A stretch of 64,000 bases of DNA from Tagaea sp. (lineage in GTDB: Bacteria > Pseudomonadota > Alphaproteobacteria > CACIAM-22H2). The translations under genes and the position numbers were made by a program. Positions 11,894 through 21,698 of the stretch are shown piece after piece. Position 1 is the first letter of the stretch. Each line of letters begins with the position of its first letter. The DNA lies in assembly GCA_965279525.1 (NCBI GenBank), contig CBDIIB010000005.1, forward strand, positions 1,407,018 through 1,471,017. Reading direction: 5' to 3'. A model generated the notes under the pieces. That model was not told the DNA's origin. It saw nothing but the letters and a program-made list of their open reading frames with translations, and made no database searches.

Positions 11894-12898
11894 CTAGCGG
11901 CTCTCCGTCAGGTCCGGCTCGTAGACGACGATGCGGCTGCCGTCCGCACCCGTCTTCACGTCGACCTCGATCAGGTCCTTGAGACGCTCGCGGATCGCGG
12001 CGCGCTTTTCCGGCGGTGCCACGAACGCGATGAATCCGCCGCCGCCGGCCCCCAGCAGCTTGCCGCCGACCGCCCCTGCCGCGATTCCCGCCTCGTAGAT
12101 CTGGTCGATCGTCGAGGTCGACACGCCTTCGGCAAGCTCCTTCTTCAGGCGCCAGCCGTCATGCATCAGCGCGCCGAGATCGAGCATCTGCCGGCCGGGG
12201 CTGGAGATGATCGCCTCGGCCTCGTCGACCATCTCGCGCATGCGATGCAGGTTCTTCTCCTTGGCACCCATGTTGGCGATCTGCTTGCTCGCCATCGCCA
12301 TCGCGTAGCGCGACAGGCCGGTGAAGAACAGCATCAGTGAGCCCTCGAGTTCCTCGCGCCGGGCCAGCGTCAGGATCAGCGGCTTGACCGAGAAGCTGCC
12401 ATCGATGCGGAAATCGATCCGGTTGAGACCGCCATAGGCCGCCCAGACCTGGTCCTGGCTGCCGACCGGTTCGCGGATGACGTGCTGCTCGATGCGGATC
12501 GCCTCTTCGGCGAGTTTGTGCTTCGAGATCATCTGGCCGCGGAGCGCATAGAGCGCGTTGAGCAGGCCGACCGTGAAAGCGGACGACGAGCCCAGACCCG
12601 AACGCGCCGGAAGGTCGCCGTCATGATGGATCTCCAGACCGCGCCGCTCCTTCTGGTCGAGCAGGACGGCCCGCACGGCCGGGTGCTCGATCTCGAGCAG
12701 GTCGTTGACCAGCTCGATGCGCGACCACACCACCCGATAGCGGTGCTCGAAGAACGGCGGAAGACGGCGCAGCGAGATGTTGCAGTACTTGTCGATCGCC
12801 GTGCCGATCACGGCGCCGCCATGCTGCAGGTACCATTTCGGGTAATCGGTGCCGCCGCCGAAGAAGGAGAGGCGGTACGGGGTGCGCGAGATGATCAC
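11894..12898 (-). CDS. GHMP-family sugar kinase (HddA / D-glycero-D-manno-heptose-7-phosphate-kinase-like)
   Basis: The GHMP motif DLPARSGLGSSSAFTVGLLNAL (PxGSGLGSSAA) is present. The N-terminus MIISRTPYRLSFFGGGTDYP is typical of the HddA/fucokinase clade, and there is a C-terminal GHMP_C domain. Confidence 0.7.
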   Translation of the reverse strand: MIISRTPYRLSFFGGGTDYPKWYLQHGGAVIGTAIDKYCNISLRRLPPFFEHRYRVVWSRIELVNDLLEIEHPAVRAVLLDQKERRGLEIHHDGDLPARSGLGSSSAFTVGLLNALYALRGQMISKHKLAEEAIRIEQHVIREPVGSQDQVWAAYGGLNRIDFRIDGSFSVKPLILTLARREELEGSLMLFFTGLSRYAMAMASKQIANMGAKEKNLHRMREMVDEAEAIISSPGRQMLDLGALMHDGWRLKKELAEGVSTSTIDQIYEAGIAAGAVGGKLLGAGGGGFIAFVAPPEKRAAIRERLKDLIEVDVKTGADGSRIVVYEPDLTESR

Positions 12899-13015
12899 GG
12901 GCGGCGGACTCCATCGCGGGGCGAATCGAGACGATCAATTGCAAGGATAAGAAATATCACCTATATCAGTCGCTTACCAGTTCAGTTGCGGGTTCTGCAG
13001 AGGGAGTGACGGCAG

Positions 13016-13960
13016 ATGGCGGGCAAGACGCGCGTTCTGATTACCGGCGGTGCAGGCTATCTGGGCTCCACGCTGACACCGGCCCTGCTCGATGCCGGCT
13101 ACGCCGTGACGGTGCTCGACAGTTTCATGTTCAGGCAGATGCCGCTGGCCCATGTCTGCGCGCATCCGGATTTCGACGTCGCGCGCGGCGATGCCCGCGA
13201 CGAATCGGTCCTGAAGCCGCTTGTCGCGAAGGCCGACGCCGTCATCCCGCTTGCGGCACTGGTCGGCGCACCGCTGTGCAACGCCGACAAGCTGGGCGCC
13301 GAGTCGATCAATCGCGATGCGGTCAAGACGCTGCTGAAGCTGATGTCCCCGTCCCAGCGCGTGCTGATGCCGGTGACGAATTCCGGCTACGGCGTGGGCG
13401 AGAAGGGCAAGGAATGCACGGAAGACAGTCCGCTGCGGCCGATCTCGCTCTACGGGCGCACCAAGGTCGAGGCGGAGGAAGCGGTCCTCGCGCGCGGCAA
13501 CGCGATCTCGTTCCGGCTCGCGACCGTCTTCGGGATGAGTCCGCGCATGCGCATCGACCTGCTGGTCAACGATTTCGTGCACCGCGCCGTGACCGACCGT
13601 GCCGTCGTCCTGTTCGAGCCGCATTTCAAGCGCAACTATGTCCACGTGCGCGACGTGGCGAACGCCTTCATGCACGGCCTCTCGAAGTTCGATACGATGA
13701 AGGACCGTCCCTACAATGTCGGTCTTTCGGACGCGAACATCTCGAAATGGGAGCTGTGCGAACGGATCGCCAGGCACGTGCCCGGCTTCGTGTTCATCGA
13801 AGCGCCGATCGGCGAAGACCCGGACAAGCGCGACTATATCGTCTCGAATGCACGCATCGAGGCGACGGGCTTCAAGCCGAAATTCTCGCTCGATGACGGC
13901 ATCGTCGAGCTGATGAAGGGCTTCCGGATGATCCGCAACTCGGTCTACGGGAACGTATGA
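13016..13960 (+). CDS. NAD(P)-dependent epimerase/dehydratase-fold nucleotide-sugar reductase or epimerase (extended SDR)
   Basis: It has a Rossmann motif VLITGGAGYLGS and a YGRTK catalytic YxxxK. It lacks the TDE motif of 4,6-dehydratases, so a 4-keto reductase or epimerase is more likely. Confidence 0.7.
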   Translation: MAGKTRVLITGGAGYLGSTLTPALLDAGYAVTVLDSFMFRQMPLAHVCAHPDFDVARGDARDESVLKPLVAKADAVIPLAALVGAPLCNADKLGAESINRDAVKTLLKLMSPSQRVLMPVTNSGYGVGEKGKECTEDSPLRPISLYGRTKVEAEEAVLARGNAISFRLATVFGMSPRMRIDLLVNDFVHRAVTDRAVVLFEPHFKRNYVHVRDVANAFMHGLSKFDTMKDRPYNVGLSDANISKWELCERIARHVPGFVFIEAPIGEDPDKRDYIVSNARIEATGFKPKFSLDDGIVELMKGFRMIRNSVYGNV

Positions 13961-14490
13961 ACGTCGTCGATCTCGATCTGCCGGGCGTGAAGCTGGTCGA
14001 GCCGAAGGTCTTCGGCGACCCGCGCGGCCAGTTCCTCGAGACGTGGAATGCCGGGCGCTACGCGGCCGCCGGGATTCCGGGGCCGTTCGTGCAGGACAAC
14101 CTGTCGCGCTCGCGCCGGAACACGGTTCGCGGGCTGCACTGGCAGGACCCCAATCCGCAGGGCAAGCTCGTGTCGGTCGTCGCCGGTGCGGTCTGGGATG
14201 TGGTGGTCGACATCCGCCGCGACAGCGCGGCGTACGGGAAATGGTACGGCGTCGAGCTTTCGGCCGAGAACCGCCGGCAGCTCTGGGTGCCCGCCGGCCT
14301 TGCGCACGGCTTTGCCGTGCTCAGCGATTTCGCCGATTTCACGTACAAGGTCACCGGCCCCTACAGCCCGAAGGACGAACACGTGCTGCGCTGGAACGAT
14401 CCGGAAATCGGCATCGACTGGAAGATCGATCCGGCGGCTGCGATACTGTCCGAGCGCGACGCGACCGCATCGGGGCTTGCAGGCATATGA
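13957..14490 (+). CDS. rfbC: dTDP-4-dehydrorhamnose 3,5-epimerase
   Basis: RmlC cupin motifs are present (FGDPRGQFLETW ... RGLHWQ ... KLVSVVAGAVWDVVVDIR ... LWVPAGLAHGF). Confidence 0.9.
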   Translation: MNVVDLDLPGVKLVEPKVFGDPRGQFLETWNAGRYAAAGIPGPFVQDNLSRSRRNTVRGLHWQDPNPQGKLVSVVAGAVWDVVVDIRRDSAAYGKWYGVELSAENRRQLWVPAGLAHGFAVLSDFADFTYKVTGPYSPKDEHVLRWNDPEIGIDWKIDPAAAILSERDATASGLAGI

Positions 14491-15368
14491 ACGAGAGATT
14501 GGGCATCTTGCTGGCGGGCGGGGCAGGCACGCGCCTGCATCCTTCGACCCTCGCCACGTCGAAGCAGCTGCTGCCCGTCTACGACAAGCCAATGGTCTAC
14601 TACCCGCTGTCGACGCTGATGCTCGCGGGTATCCGGAAAGTGCTGCTGATTTCCACGCCGGTCGACATTCCAGGCTTCAAGCGCCTGTTCGGCGACGGGA
14701 AGGCGTGGGGCATCGATATTTCGTACGCCGAACAGCCCAAGCCCGAGGGAATCGCGCAGGCCTACCTGATCGCGGAGACCTATCTTGCCGGCCGTCCGTC
14801 GGCGCTGATACTCGGTGACAACATCTTCTATGGCGAAGGCCTGTCGCGCCGACTGCAGGCCGTCGCCGGCCGCGGCGACCCGGGGGCAAGCGTGTTCGCC
14901 TATACGGTTTCCGATCCCGAACGCTATGGCGTGATCGAGCTGGACGGTTCCGGAAAGCCGACGGGACTGGTCGAAAAGCCGGCCAGCCCGCGCTCGAATC
15001 TCGCCGTCACCGGACTCTATTTCTACGACGGCGACGCCTCGCGCAGGACGCGCGGTCTGCGGCCGAGTGCGCGCGGCGAACTCGAGATCACCGATCTGAA
15101 CCGGTCCTATCTGGACGACGGCCTCCTGACTGTCGAGACGCTGCGCCGCGGCAATGCCTGGCTCGATACCGGCACGCAGGACTCGCTCCTCGACGCGTCG
15201 AACTTCATCGCTGCGGTCGAACGCCGGCAGGGCCTCAAGATCGGCTGCCCGGAAGAGATCGCCTGGCGGCAGGGCTGGATCGACGATGCGGCCCTTGCGC
15301 GGCTCGCCGAGCCGCTGCGCAAGAGCGGCTATGGCGAGTATCTGCTGCGGCTGATCGGCAGGCGCTGA
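14487..15368 (+). CDS. rfbA: Glucose-1-phosphate thymidylyltransferase
   Basis: GILLAGGAGTRLHPSTLATSKQLLPVYDKPMVYYPLSTLMLAGI is a canonical RmlA N-terminus. Its ATG overlaps the rfbC stop as ATGA. Confidence 0.9.
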   Translation: MNERLGILLAGGAGTRLHPSTLATSKQLLPVYDKPMVYYPLSTLMLAGIRKVLLISTPVDIPGFKRLFGDGKAWGIDISYAEQPKPEGIAQAYLIAETYLAGRPSALILGDNIFYGEGLSRRLQAVAGRGDPGASVFAYTVSDPERYGVIELDGSGKPTGLVEKPASPRSNLAVTGLYFYDGDASRRTRGLRPSARGELEITDLNRSYLDDGLLTVETLRRGNAWLDTGTQDSLLDASNFIAAVERRQGLKIGCPEEIAWRQGWIDDAALARLAEPLRKSGYGEYLLRLIGRR

Positions 15369-15371
15369 GCC

Positions 15372-16427
15372 ATGCGGTCCATCCTCGTCACCGGCGGCTG
15401 CGGTTTCATCGGATCGGCATTCCTGCGCCACGTCGTGGGGCAGGGGCTTGCCCGGGCGGTCAATGTCGACAAGCTGACCTACGCCGCCAATCCCGATGCG
15501 GTCGCCGCACTCGCGGGCGGTGACTATGCTTTCGTGCAGGCCGATATCGGCGACAGGGACGCGATGCGCGCGGCATTCGCGAAGTACCGCCCGGAGGCCG
15601 TCGTGAATTTCGCGGCCGAGACGCATGTCGACCGCTCCATCGACGGACCGCTCGCCTTCGTGGAGACCAACGTCGCGGCGACCGCCCGCCTCCTCGTCGA
15701 GGCGCACGCCTACTGGCGGAGCCTGGATGGAACGGCGCGCGACGCGTTCCGCTTCCTGCACGTGTCGACCGATGAAGTCTTCGGGTCGCTCGACGCCGAC
15801 GATCCGCCCTTCACCGAGACGTCCGCCTACGCGCCGAATTCGCCCTATGCCGCGACGAAGGCTGCGTCCGACCATCTCGTGCGCGCGTGGAACCGGACCT
15901 ACGGCCTGCCCGTCCTCGTCACCAACTGCTCGAACAATTACGGGCCCTGGCAGTTCCCCGAGAAACTCATCCCGCTGATGATCGCCAAGGCGCGCGCTGG
16001 CGAGAAGCTGCCGGTCTACGGCGCCGGGACCAACGTGCGCGACTGGCTGCATGTCGAAGACCACGCGGCCGGACTATGGCTCGCCCTGACGCGCGGCAGG
16101 CCCGGCGAGACCTACGGCTTCGGCGGCGGGAGCGAGGTCGCAAACATCGATGTCGTCCACGCGATCTGCGATACGCTCGATTCGCGTCTGGGAATTCTGG
16201 CTGGCGGCCCGCGCCGGCGTCACGTCGAGTACGTGTCGGACCGACCGGGCCATGATTTCCGGTATGCGATCGATGCTGGAAAGGCGGCGGCAGAACTCGG
16301 CTGGCGTCCGGGCCGCGACTTCGCCACCGGTCTCGCCGCGACCGTCGACTGGTATCTTGCCAACGCCGCATGGGTCGATTCGATCCGCAGCCGCCTCTAC
16401 GCGCTCGAGCGCCTCGGAACGGGATGA
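15372..16427 (+). CDS. rfbB: dTDP-glucose 4,6-dehydratase
   Basis: The RmlB signature is present: ILVTGGCGFIGSAF, HVSTDEVFG and YAATKAASDHLVRAW. Confidence 0.9.
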   Translation: MRSILVTGGCGFIGSAFLRHVVGQGLARAVNVDKLTYAANPDAVAALAGGDYAFVQADIGDRDAMRAAFAKYRPEAVVNFAAETHVDRSIDGPLAFVETNVAATARLLVEAHAYWRSLDGTARDAFRFLHVSTDEVFGSLDADDPPFTETSAYAPNSPYAATKAASDHLVRAWNRTYGLPVLVTNCSNNYGPWQFPEKLIPLMIAKARAGEKLPVYGAGTNVRDWLHVEDHAAGLWLALTRGRPGETYGFGGGSEVANIDVVHAICDTLDSRLGILAGGPRRRHVEYVSDRPGHDFRYAIDAGKAAAELGWRPGRDFATGLAATVDWYLANAAWVDSIRSRLYALERLGTG

Positions 16428-17323
16428 TGCCGGTCGTCCTCGTGTTCGGCGCCGGCGGCCAGGTCGGCCGGGCGCTCGTCGAAGCAGGCCCGGCGCACGG
16501 CTGGACCGTGCGCGGCCTTGCACGCGACGCGGTCGACATCTGCGATGCCGCTTCGGTGAAGGCGGCCGTGGCCGCGACTGCGCCGGATGCCATCGTCAAC
16601 GCCGCCGCGTATACCGCCGTCGACAAGGCGGAAGCGGACGCCGAACAGGCGCAGCGCGTGAATGGCGAGGCACCCGGCACGATCGCGACGGCCGCCGCCG
16701 CCGCCGGCGTGCCCTTCGTGCATCTGTCGACCGACTACGTGTTCGACGGCACGTCGCGCGTTCCCTACAAGGAAGCCGATCCGGTCGGGCCGCCTTGTGT
16801 TTACGGGCGCACGAAGCGCGCCGGCGAGATCGCGGCCTACAAGGCCGGCGGGCGCAGCGTCATCTTGCGCACGTCGTGGGTCTTCGCGCCGTGGGGCGTC
16901 AATTTCGTGCGCACGATGCTGCACCATGCCGCCCTCAAGCCCGAACTGCGCGTCGTCGACGATCAGCGTGGCGGACCCACGCCGGCAACCGAGATCGCCG
17001 CGACAATCCTGAAGATCCTGCCGCGCCTGGCCGGCGAGGACGGCGCCAGCCGCACCGGGCTGTTCCACTATCAGGGTCGTCCGCCGGTCACCTGGGCGGC
17101 ATTCGCAGACGCGATCCTCGACGAAGGGGCGCTGCTCGGCCATCCGCGCCCGCCGGTCGTACGCATCGCGACATCGGACTGGCCGACGGCGGCAGCGCGT
17201 CCGGCCAACAGCGTGCTCGATTGCGCGCGCATCGCGCGCGATTACGACATCACTCCACCCGACTGGCGGCCGGCCCTGTCGCGGGCGGTGCGCGAGATCC
17301 TGTCGGAAGCGAAGGCCGGCTGA
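16424..17323 (+). CDS. rfbD: dTDP-4-dehydrorhamnose reductase
   Basis: The RmlD-like motifs VLVFGAGGQVGRAL and YGRTKRAGE are present. Its ATG overlaps the rfbB stop. Confidence 0.85.
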   Translation: MMPVVLVFGAGGQVGRALVEAGPAHGWTVRGLARDAVDICDAASVKAAVAATAPDAIVNAAAYTAVDKAEADAEQAQRVNGEAPGTIATAAAAAGVPFVHLSTDYVFDGTSRVPYKEADPVGPPCVYGRTKRAGEIAAYKAGGRSVILRTSWVFAPWGVNFVRTMLHHAALKPELRVVDDQRGGPTPATEIAATILKILPRLAGEDGASRTGLFHYQGRPPVTWAAFADAILDEGALLGHPRPPVVRIATSDWPTAAARPANSVLDCARIARDYDITPPDWRPALSRAVREILSEAKAG

Positions 17324-17327
17324 ACGC

Positions 17328-19235
17328 TCAGGCCGGCCGGTATTCCGGCACAAGGGCCCGCATTGCGGCGAGCGTGCCGGCGGCATCGCCACTGCGAGCC
17401 AGCATCTCGATCCGTGCCAGTTCCGTGCGAAGGGCCTCGAGTTCGGCGGCGCGCGAACGGGCGACCTTGATGCCGGCGATCGCGGTCGCCGTCGCCTGTT
17501 CTTCGGTATGGAACAGTTCCTCGAAAAGTTTCTCGCCGGGCCGCAGGCCGGTGAAAGCGACGGCGATGTCGATGTCCGGACGCTTGCCGGCGAGGCGGAT
17601 CATGCGCCGCGCCAGGTCCTGGATGCGGACAGGCTCGCCCATCTCGAGAACGAGGATGCCGCCGCGCGGGCCGGCGCTGCCGGACGTCGCGAGCACGCTT
17701 GCCTGCAGGACGAGCTCGACCGCCTCGCGGATCGTCATGAAATAGCGCACGACGTCCGGATGCGTGACCGTCAGCGGGCCGCCGCTCGCGAGCTGGCGCT
17801 GGAACAGGGGCACGACCGAACCGGACGAGCCGAGCACGTTGCCGAATCGTACCGTCACGAAGCGCGTGGCGCCTCCGGCGGCATCGAGGGTCTGGCACAG
17901 CATCTCGGCAATCCGCTTGCTGGCCCCCAGCACATTGGTCGGATTGACCGCCTTGTCGGTCGAGATGAGGACGACGGCCTGCACGTCCGCGGCGATCGCG
18001 GCGTCCGCGACATTGCGGGTTCCGACGGCATTGGTGAGTGCGCCTTCAGACGGGTTCGCCTCGAGGAGCGGGACGTGCTTGAGCGCTGCCGCGTGGAAGA
18101 CGATCTCCGGCCGGTGGGCCGACATCAGGCCTGCCAGCCGTCCGGCATCGCGGATGTCGGCGATCGCGGCTTCGCGCCGCAGGTTCGGCCAGCCTTCCTC
18201 GACTTCGCGGTCGATCGCATAGAGCTGGTATTCGGAGTTGTCGAGCAACACGAGGATCGCCGGATCGCGTGCCGCGATCTGGCGCACGAGCTCGGCGCCG
18301 ATGCTCCCGCCGGCACCCGTCACCAGCACGCGCCGTCCGCGCACGAGCCGGTCCATCGACTCGCGGTCGAGCACGGTCTGCGGCCGCCCGAGCAGGTCCT
18401 CGATCGCGATCGGGTTGACCTCGAGCGCCGCATCCGCCGAATTGCCGCCCGACAGCGCGTTGATGCGCGGCAGCCGCACGGCGGTCATGCCGCAGCGGTC
18501 GGCAAGATCGACGAGCGCGCTCAGCGCCTCGCCGTCGAGCTGGGGTGTCGCGATGACGAGACGCTGCGGACGAAGGCCGCGCTTCTTGAGGTCGGCGACG
18601 ATCGTCTCCAGCGCCTCGGGTGCACCGAGGACTTCGGTCCCGCCCATGCGTCGCCCCTGCCGGCGCGCGGCCTCATCGAGGATTCCCACGACGAAATAGG
18701 GAGCACGGCGGCGGCGGCGGTTGGCCTGCAGGAAAAGCTCTGCCCCGTCGTTGGCACCGACGATCAGCACCTGGACCTGGTCTTCGCGCGGGCCACCGAA
18801 CGTCAGGTCGAGCCGCCCCTCGCGCACGCTGCGATAGAGCAGGCGAGGTCCGATCAACAGCGCGAAAAGGACGAACCAATTGATCAGCAAGGCAGCGCGC
18901 GGAATCCCCGCAAGCCGCGACCACAGGAACATCGCAGGAAGGAACAGCAGGATCGCCAGCGTGACGGAGCGCGCGACCAGCACCATGTCGTCGATCGCGA
19001 CATAGCGCCACACGCCGCGTGGCAGTCCCGTCCAGTGGAACGCGACGGCGGAAGCAAGGGCGAACGTGATCGTGCCGCCGATCAGCAGGTCGTTCGAATA
19101 TTGCGTCAGTTCGTCGCCGACGCGCAGATAGAGCGCGATCTGGAACGACATCACCGCCATGAAGATGTCGTGGACCAGCGAGAGCGTGACGCGGTCGAAA
19201 CGCTGGATGAAGCGGGTCAGTCCGTTCGTGGCCAT
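17328..19235 (-). CDS. Membrane-anchored polysaccharide biosynthesis protein, CapD/WbpM/PglF family (UDP-GlcNAc 4,6-dehydratase-like)
   Basis: Four N-terminal TM helices precede a Rossmann domain (VLVTGAGGSIGAEL) and a catalytic region (ISTDKAVNPTNVLGASKRIAE). The start was chosen at internal Met 19235 to avoid overlap with the upstream gene. Confidence 0.8.
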   Translation of the reverse strand: MATNGLTRFIQRFDRVTLSLVHDIFMAVMSFQIALYLRVGDELTQYSNDLLIGGTITFALASAVAFHWTGLPRGVWRYVAIDDMVLVARSVTLAILLFLPAMFLWSRLAGIPRAALLINWFVLFALLIGPRLLYRSVREGRLDLTFGGPREDQVQVLIVGANDGAELFLQANRRRRRAPYFVVGILDEAARRQGRRMGGTEVLGAPEALETIVADLKKRGLRPQRLVIATPQLDGEALSALVDLADRCGMTAVRLPRINALSGGNSADAALEVNPIAIEDLLGRPQTVLDRESMDRLVRGRRVLVTGAGGSIGAELVRQIAARDPAILVLLDNSEYQLYAIDREVEEGWPNLRREAAIADIRDAGRLAGLMSAHRPEIVFHAAALKHVPLLEANPSEGALTNAVGTRNVADAAIAADVQAVVLISTDKAVNPTNVLGASKRIAEMLCQTLDAAGGATRFVTVRFGNVLGSSGSVVPLFQRQLASGGPLTVTHPDVVRYFMTIREAVELVLQASVLATSGSAGPRGGILVLEMGEPVRIQDLARRMIRLAGKRPDIDIAVAFTGLRPGEKLFEELFHTEEQATATAIAGIKVARSRAAELEALRTELARIEMLARSGDAAGTLAAMRALVPEYRPA

Positions 19236-19255
19236 CGTTTCCCGGTGCCCCAGCG

Positions 19256-20536
19256 TCAGAGCGTCAGGGAGGTGCAGCCCGCGGGCAGACTGGCCCCGCG
19301 CCACAGACCCTTGATGTCGAAAACGATCGCGCCGGGGGCCGCGAGGCCGGCGAGTCCGTTCGCCGGCAGATCTGCATATGCCGTATGCGCGACTGCCATC
19401 ACGACGGCATCGTAGCGCCTGCCGGCCGGAAGCGTCGTGTGGATCGACTGGCCGTACTCGTGTCGCGCGGCTTGCGGATCCACGATGGGATCATGCACGT
19501 CGACCCGATGGCCGAGAGCCTCGAGATCGCGCACCAGGTCAATCACCTTGGTGTTGCGCAGGTCCGGCACGTTCTCCTTGAAGGCGAGGCCGAGGACGAG
19601 GATGTCGGCGGGGCCGGGCTTGCGTGCGGTCAGCGCGCCGCCGATCTGGCTGGCGATATAGCCTGCCATGGCGTCGTTGATGCGTCGGCCGGCAAGGATG
19701 ATTTCGGGATGATGGCGAAAGCGCGCGGCGGCTTCGGCAAGGTAGTAGGGGTCGACGCTGATGCAGTGCCCGCCGACCAGGCCCGGCGTGAAGGGCAGGA
19801 AATTCCACTTGGTGCGCGCGGCGGCCAGCACGTCGTGCGCCGACAGCCCCATCTTGTTGAAGATCATCGTCACTTCGTTGATGAAGGCGATGTTGATGTC
19901 GCGCTGCGCGTTCTCGATCACCTTGGCGGCTTCGGCCGTGCGGATGTCGCGCGCGAGGAAGATGTTGCCGTTGTTGATCGCGCCATACATTTCGCCCAGC
20001 GCCTTGGTCACGTCGGGTGTCTGCCCGGCGACGACCTTGGTGATGTGCGCGATCGTGTGCGTCTTGTCGCCGGGGTTGATGCGTTCGGGGCTGTAGCCCA
20101 GATGGAAGTCGTGCCCGCACACGAGGCCCGAGGCCTTGGCCACTTCCGGCCCGACGATATCCTCGGTCACGCCGGGATAGACGGTGCTTTCGAGCACGAC
20201 GGTGGCGCCACGCCGGATCGCCTTGCCGACCGTGCGGCTTGCCGCGACCACGGCACCCAGATCGGGACGGTTGGCCGCGTCGACAGGCGTGGGAACGGTG
20301 ATGATGTAGACATCCGCACCGCCGATGGCGTCGGAATCCGCAGTTACGGCAAGCTTTGCTGCTTTGAGCGTGGGCTCGTCGATCTCCCCGGTCCGGTCCC
20401 TGCCGGCGGCAAGTTCGTCAATCCGGCCCCGGTCGAGATCGAATCCGGTGACCTGGAAGCGCATGGCAAGGCCCACGGCCAGAGGCAACCCGACATAGCC
20501 GAGGCCGACGACGACGATTCGCGAGGTAGGATTCAT
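19256..20536 (-). CDS. Nucleotide-sugar 6-dehydrogenase (UDP-GlcNAc/ManNAc dehydrogenase WbpA/WecC/Cap5O family)
   Basis: It has an N-terminal NAD-binding motif IVVVGLGYVGLPLAV, a catalytic Cys region GGHCISVDPYYL, and a C-terminal UDP-binding domain. The start is at the internal Met of ORF 19256-20707. Confidence 0.8.
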   Translation of the reverse strand: MNPTSRIVVVGLGYVGLPLAVGLAMRFQVTGFDLDRGRIDELAAGRDRTGEIDEPTLKAAKLAVTADSDAIGGADVYIITVPTPVDAANRPDLGAVVAASRTVGKAIRRGATVVLESTVYPGVTEDIVGPEVAKASGLVCGHDFHLGYSPERINPGDKTHTIAHITKVVAGQTPDVTKALGEMYGAINNGNIFLARDIRTAEAAKVIENAQRDINIAFINEVTMIFNKMGLSAHDVLAAARTKWNFLPFTPGLVGGHCISVDPYYLAEAAARFRHHPEIILAGRRINDAMAGYIASQIGGALTARKPGPADILVLGLAFKENVPDLRNTKVIDLVRDLEALGHRVDVHDPIVDPQAARHEYGQSIHTTLPAGRRYDAVVMAVAHTAYADLPANGLAGLAAPGAIVFDIKGLWRGASLPAGCTSLTL

Positions 20537-20693
20537 GTCATGTTCCCGGGTGCGACTATGCCCTTCGTAGCGGCCTTGGCAGGCTCGCGCAAGCGGCGGA
20601 AAGAAAGGGTGAATCTGCGCCGGTGATTTCTTGGCAACCGTGGCGTTGAAGCCGTACTGTCGCACCGGTCGCGACGTTCGGGCGGAGTGAAAT

Positions 20694-21698
20694 ATGCGCA
20701 ACCGCAAGCTGGGCCGGACCGGCCTCGTCGTGTCCGAGATCGGCTACGGCACCTGGGGCATTGGCGGCTTTGTGGCGGGCGCTTCGTATGGCGAAACCGA
20801 CGATGCGGTGTCGCGCGCGGCCCTGCGCCGGGCGCTCGAGCGCGGCGTCACTTTCTTCGATACGGCGGACGCCTATGGCGACGGACGCGCGGAGACGTTG
20901 CTGGGCGAATGCTTCGGCGCCGGATCGGGCGTTGCCGCCAGCGCGGTGGTCGTCGCCACCAAGGCCGGCCATCCGCGCTTCGGGGCCCCGCAGGACTTCA
21001 CACCCGCCAACCTTGCCCGCTCGGTCGAGGGTTCGCTGCGCCGGCTGCGTCGCGACCGGGTCGAACTGCTGCAACTTCACAGCCCGCCGCTCGACCTGCT
21101 GCGCGCGCGGCCCGAGATCCTCGGCGCCCTCGACGAGATGAAGCGGGCGGGCAAGATCGGCGCCTGGGGCCTGTCGACCAAGACACCGGCCGAAGCGGCC
21201 GTGGCGATCCGCGAGTTTGCGGCGGCCTGCGTGCAGGCCAACTTCAATCTCGCCGACCAGCGTGCCCTCGAAGACGGCCTGCTTGAACTGGCGCTGTCGA
21301 CGGATACGGGCCTGATTGCCCGCACGCCGCTCGCCTTCGGCTTCCTCTCCGGCAGGCTTTCGGCGGATGCCGAATTCCCGGAAGGCGATCACCGGCGCAA
21401 CTGGTCGAAGGAGCGTATCGCGCAGTGGGCCAGCGCCAGCCGCACGCTTGCCGGCGACATCGCCGCGCGCGACGGCCAGAGTCTTGCGCAGGTCGCCCTG
21501 CGCTTCTGCCTCTCGCATCCCGGCGTGTCGACGACGATCCCCGGCATGCTGACGCCTGCCGAGGTCGACGAAAATGCAGCCGTGTCGGCGCTCGCGCCGA
21601 TGCCGGCGGCTGATATCGCGAAGATCCGGGCGCTCTATGCCGGCAGCGTGTTCGCGGGTGTCCCGGTCGTCACGCCGAAGACGCCGGTGCGGCCATGA
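20694..21698 (+). CDS. Aldo/keto reductase
   Basis: The AKR N-terminus LGRTGLVVSEIGYGTWGIGG and DTADAYGDGRAE motifs are present. Confidence 0.8.
   Translation: MRNRKLGRTGLVVSEIGYGTWGIGGFVAGASYGETDDAVSRAALRRALERGVTFFDTADAYGDGRAETLLGECFGAGSGVAASAVVVATKAGHPRFGAPQDFTPANLARSVEGSLRRLRRDRVELLQLHSPPLDLLRARPEILGALDEMKRAGKIGAWGLSTKTPAEAAVAIREFAAACVQANFNLADQRALEDGLLELALSTDTGLIARTPLAFGFLSGRLSADAEFPEGDHRRNWSKERIAQWASASRTLAGDIAARDGQSLAQVALRFCLSHPGVSTTIPGMLTPAEVDENAAVSALAPMPAADIAKIRALYAGSVFAGVPVVTPKTPVRP

Noticed and set aside
14361-16064. A 567-aa minus-strand ORF antisense to rfbA and rfbB. Similar long antisense ORFs lie at 4270-5802, 17508-19415, 30209-31939, 38699-40663 and 52427-54337.
   Set aside because: All lie opposite genes with strong motif support and show the Arg/Gly/Asp/Ala-rich low-complexity composition expected of GC-rich non-coding frames.
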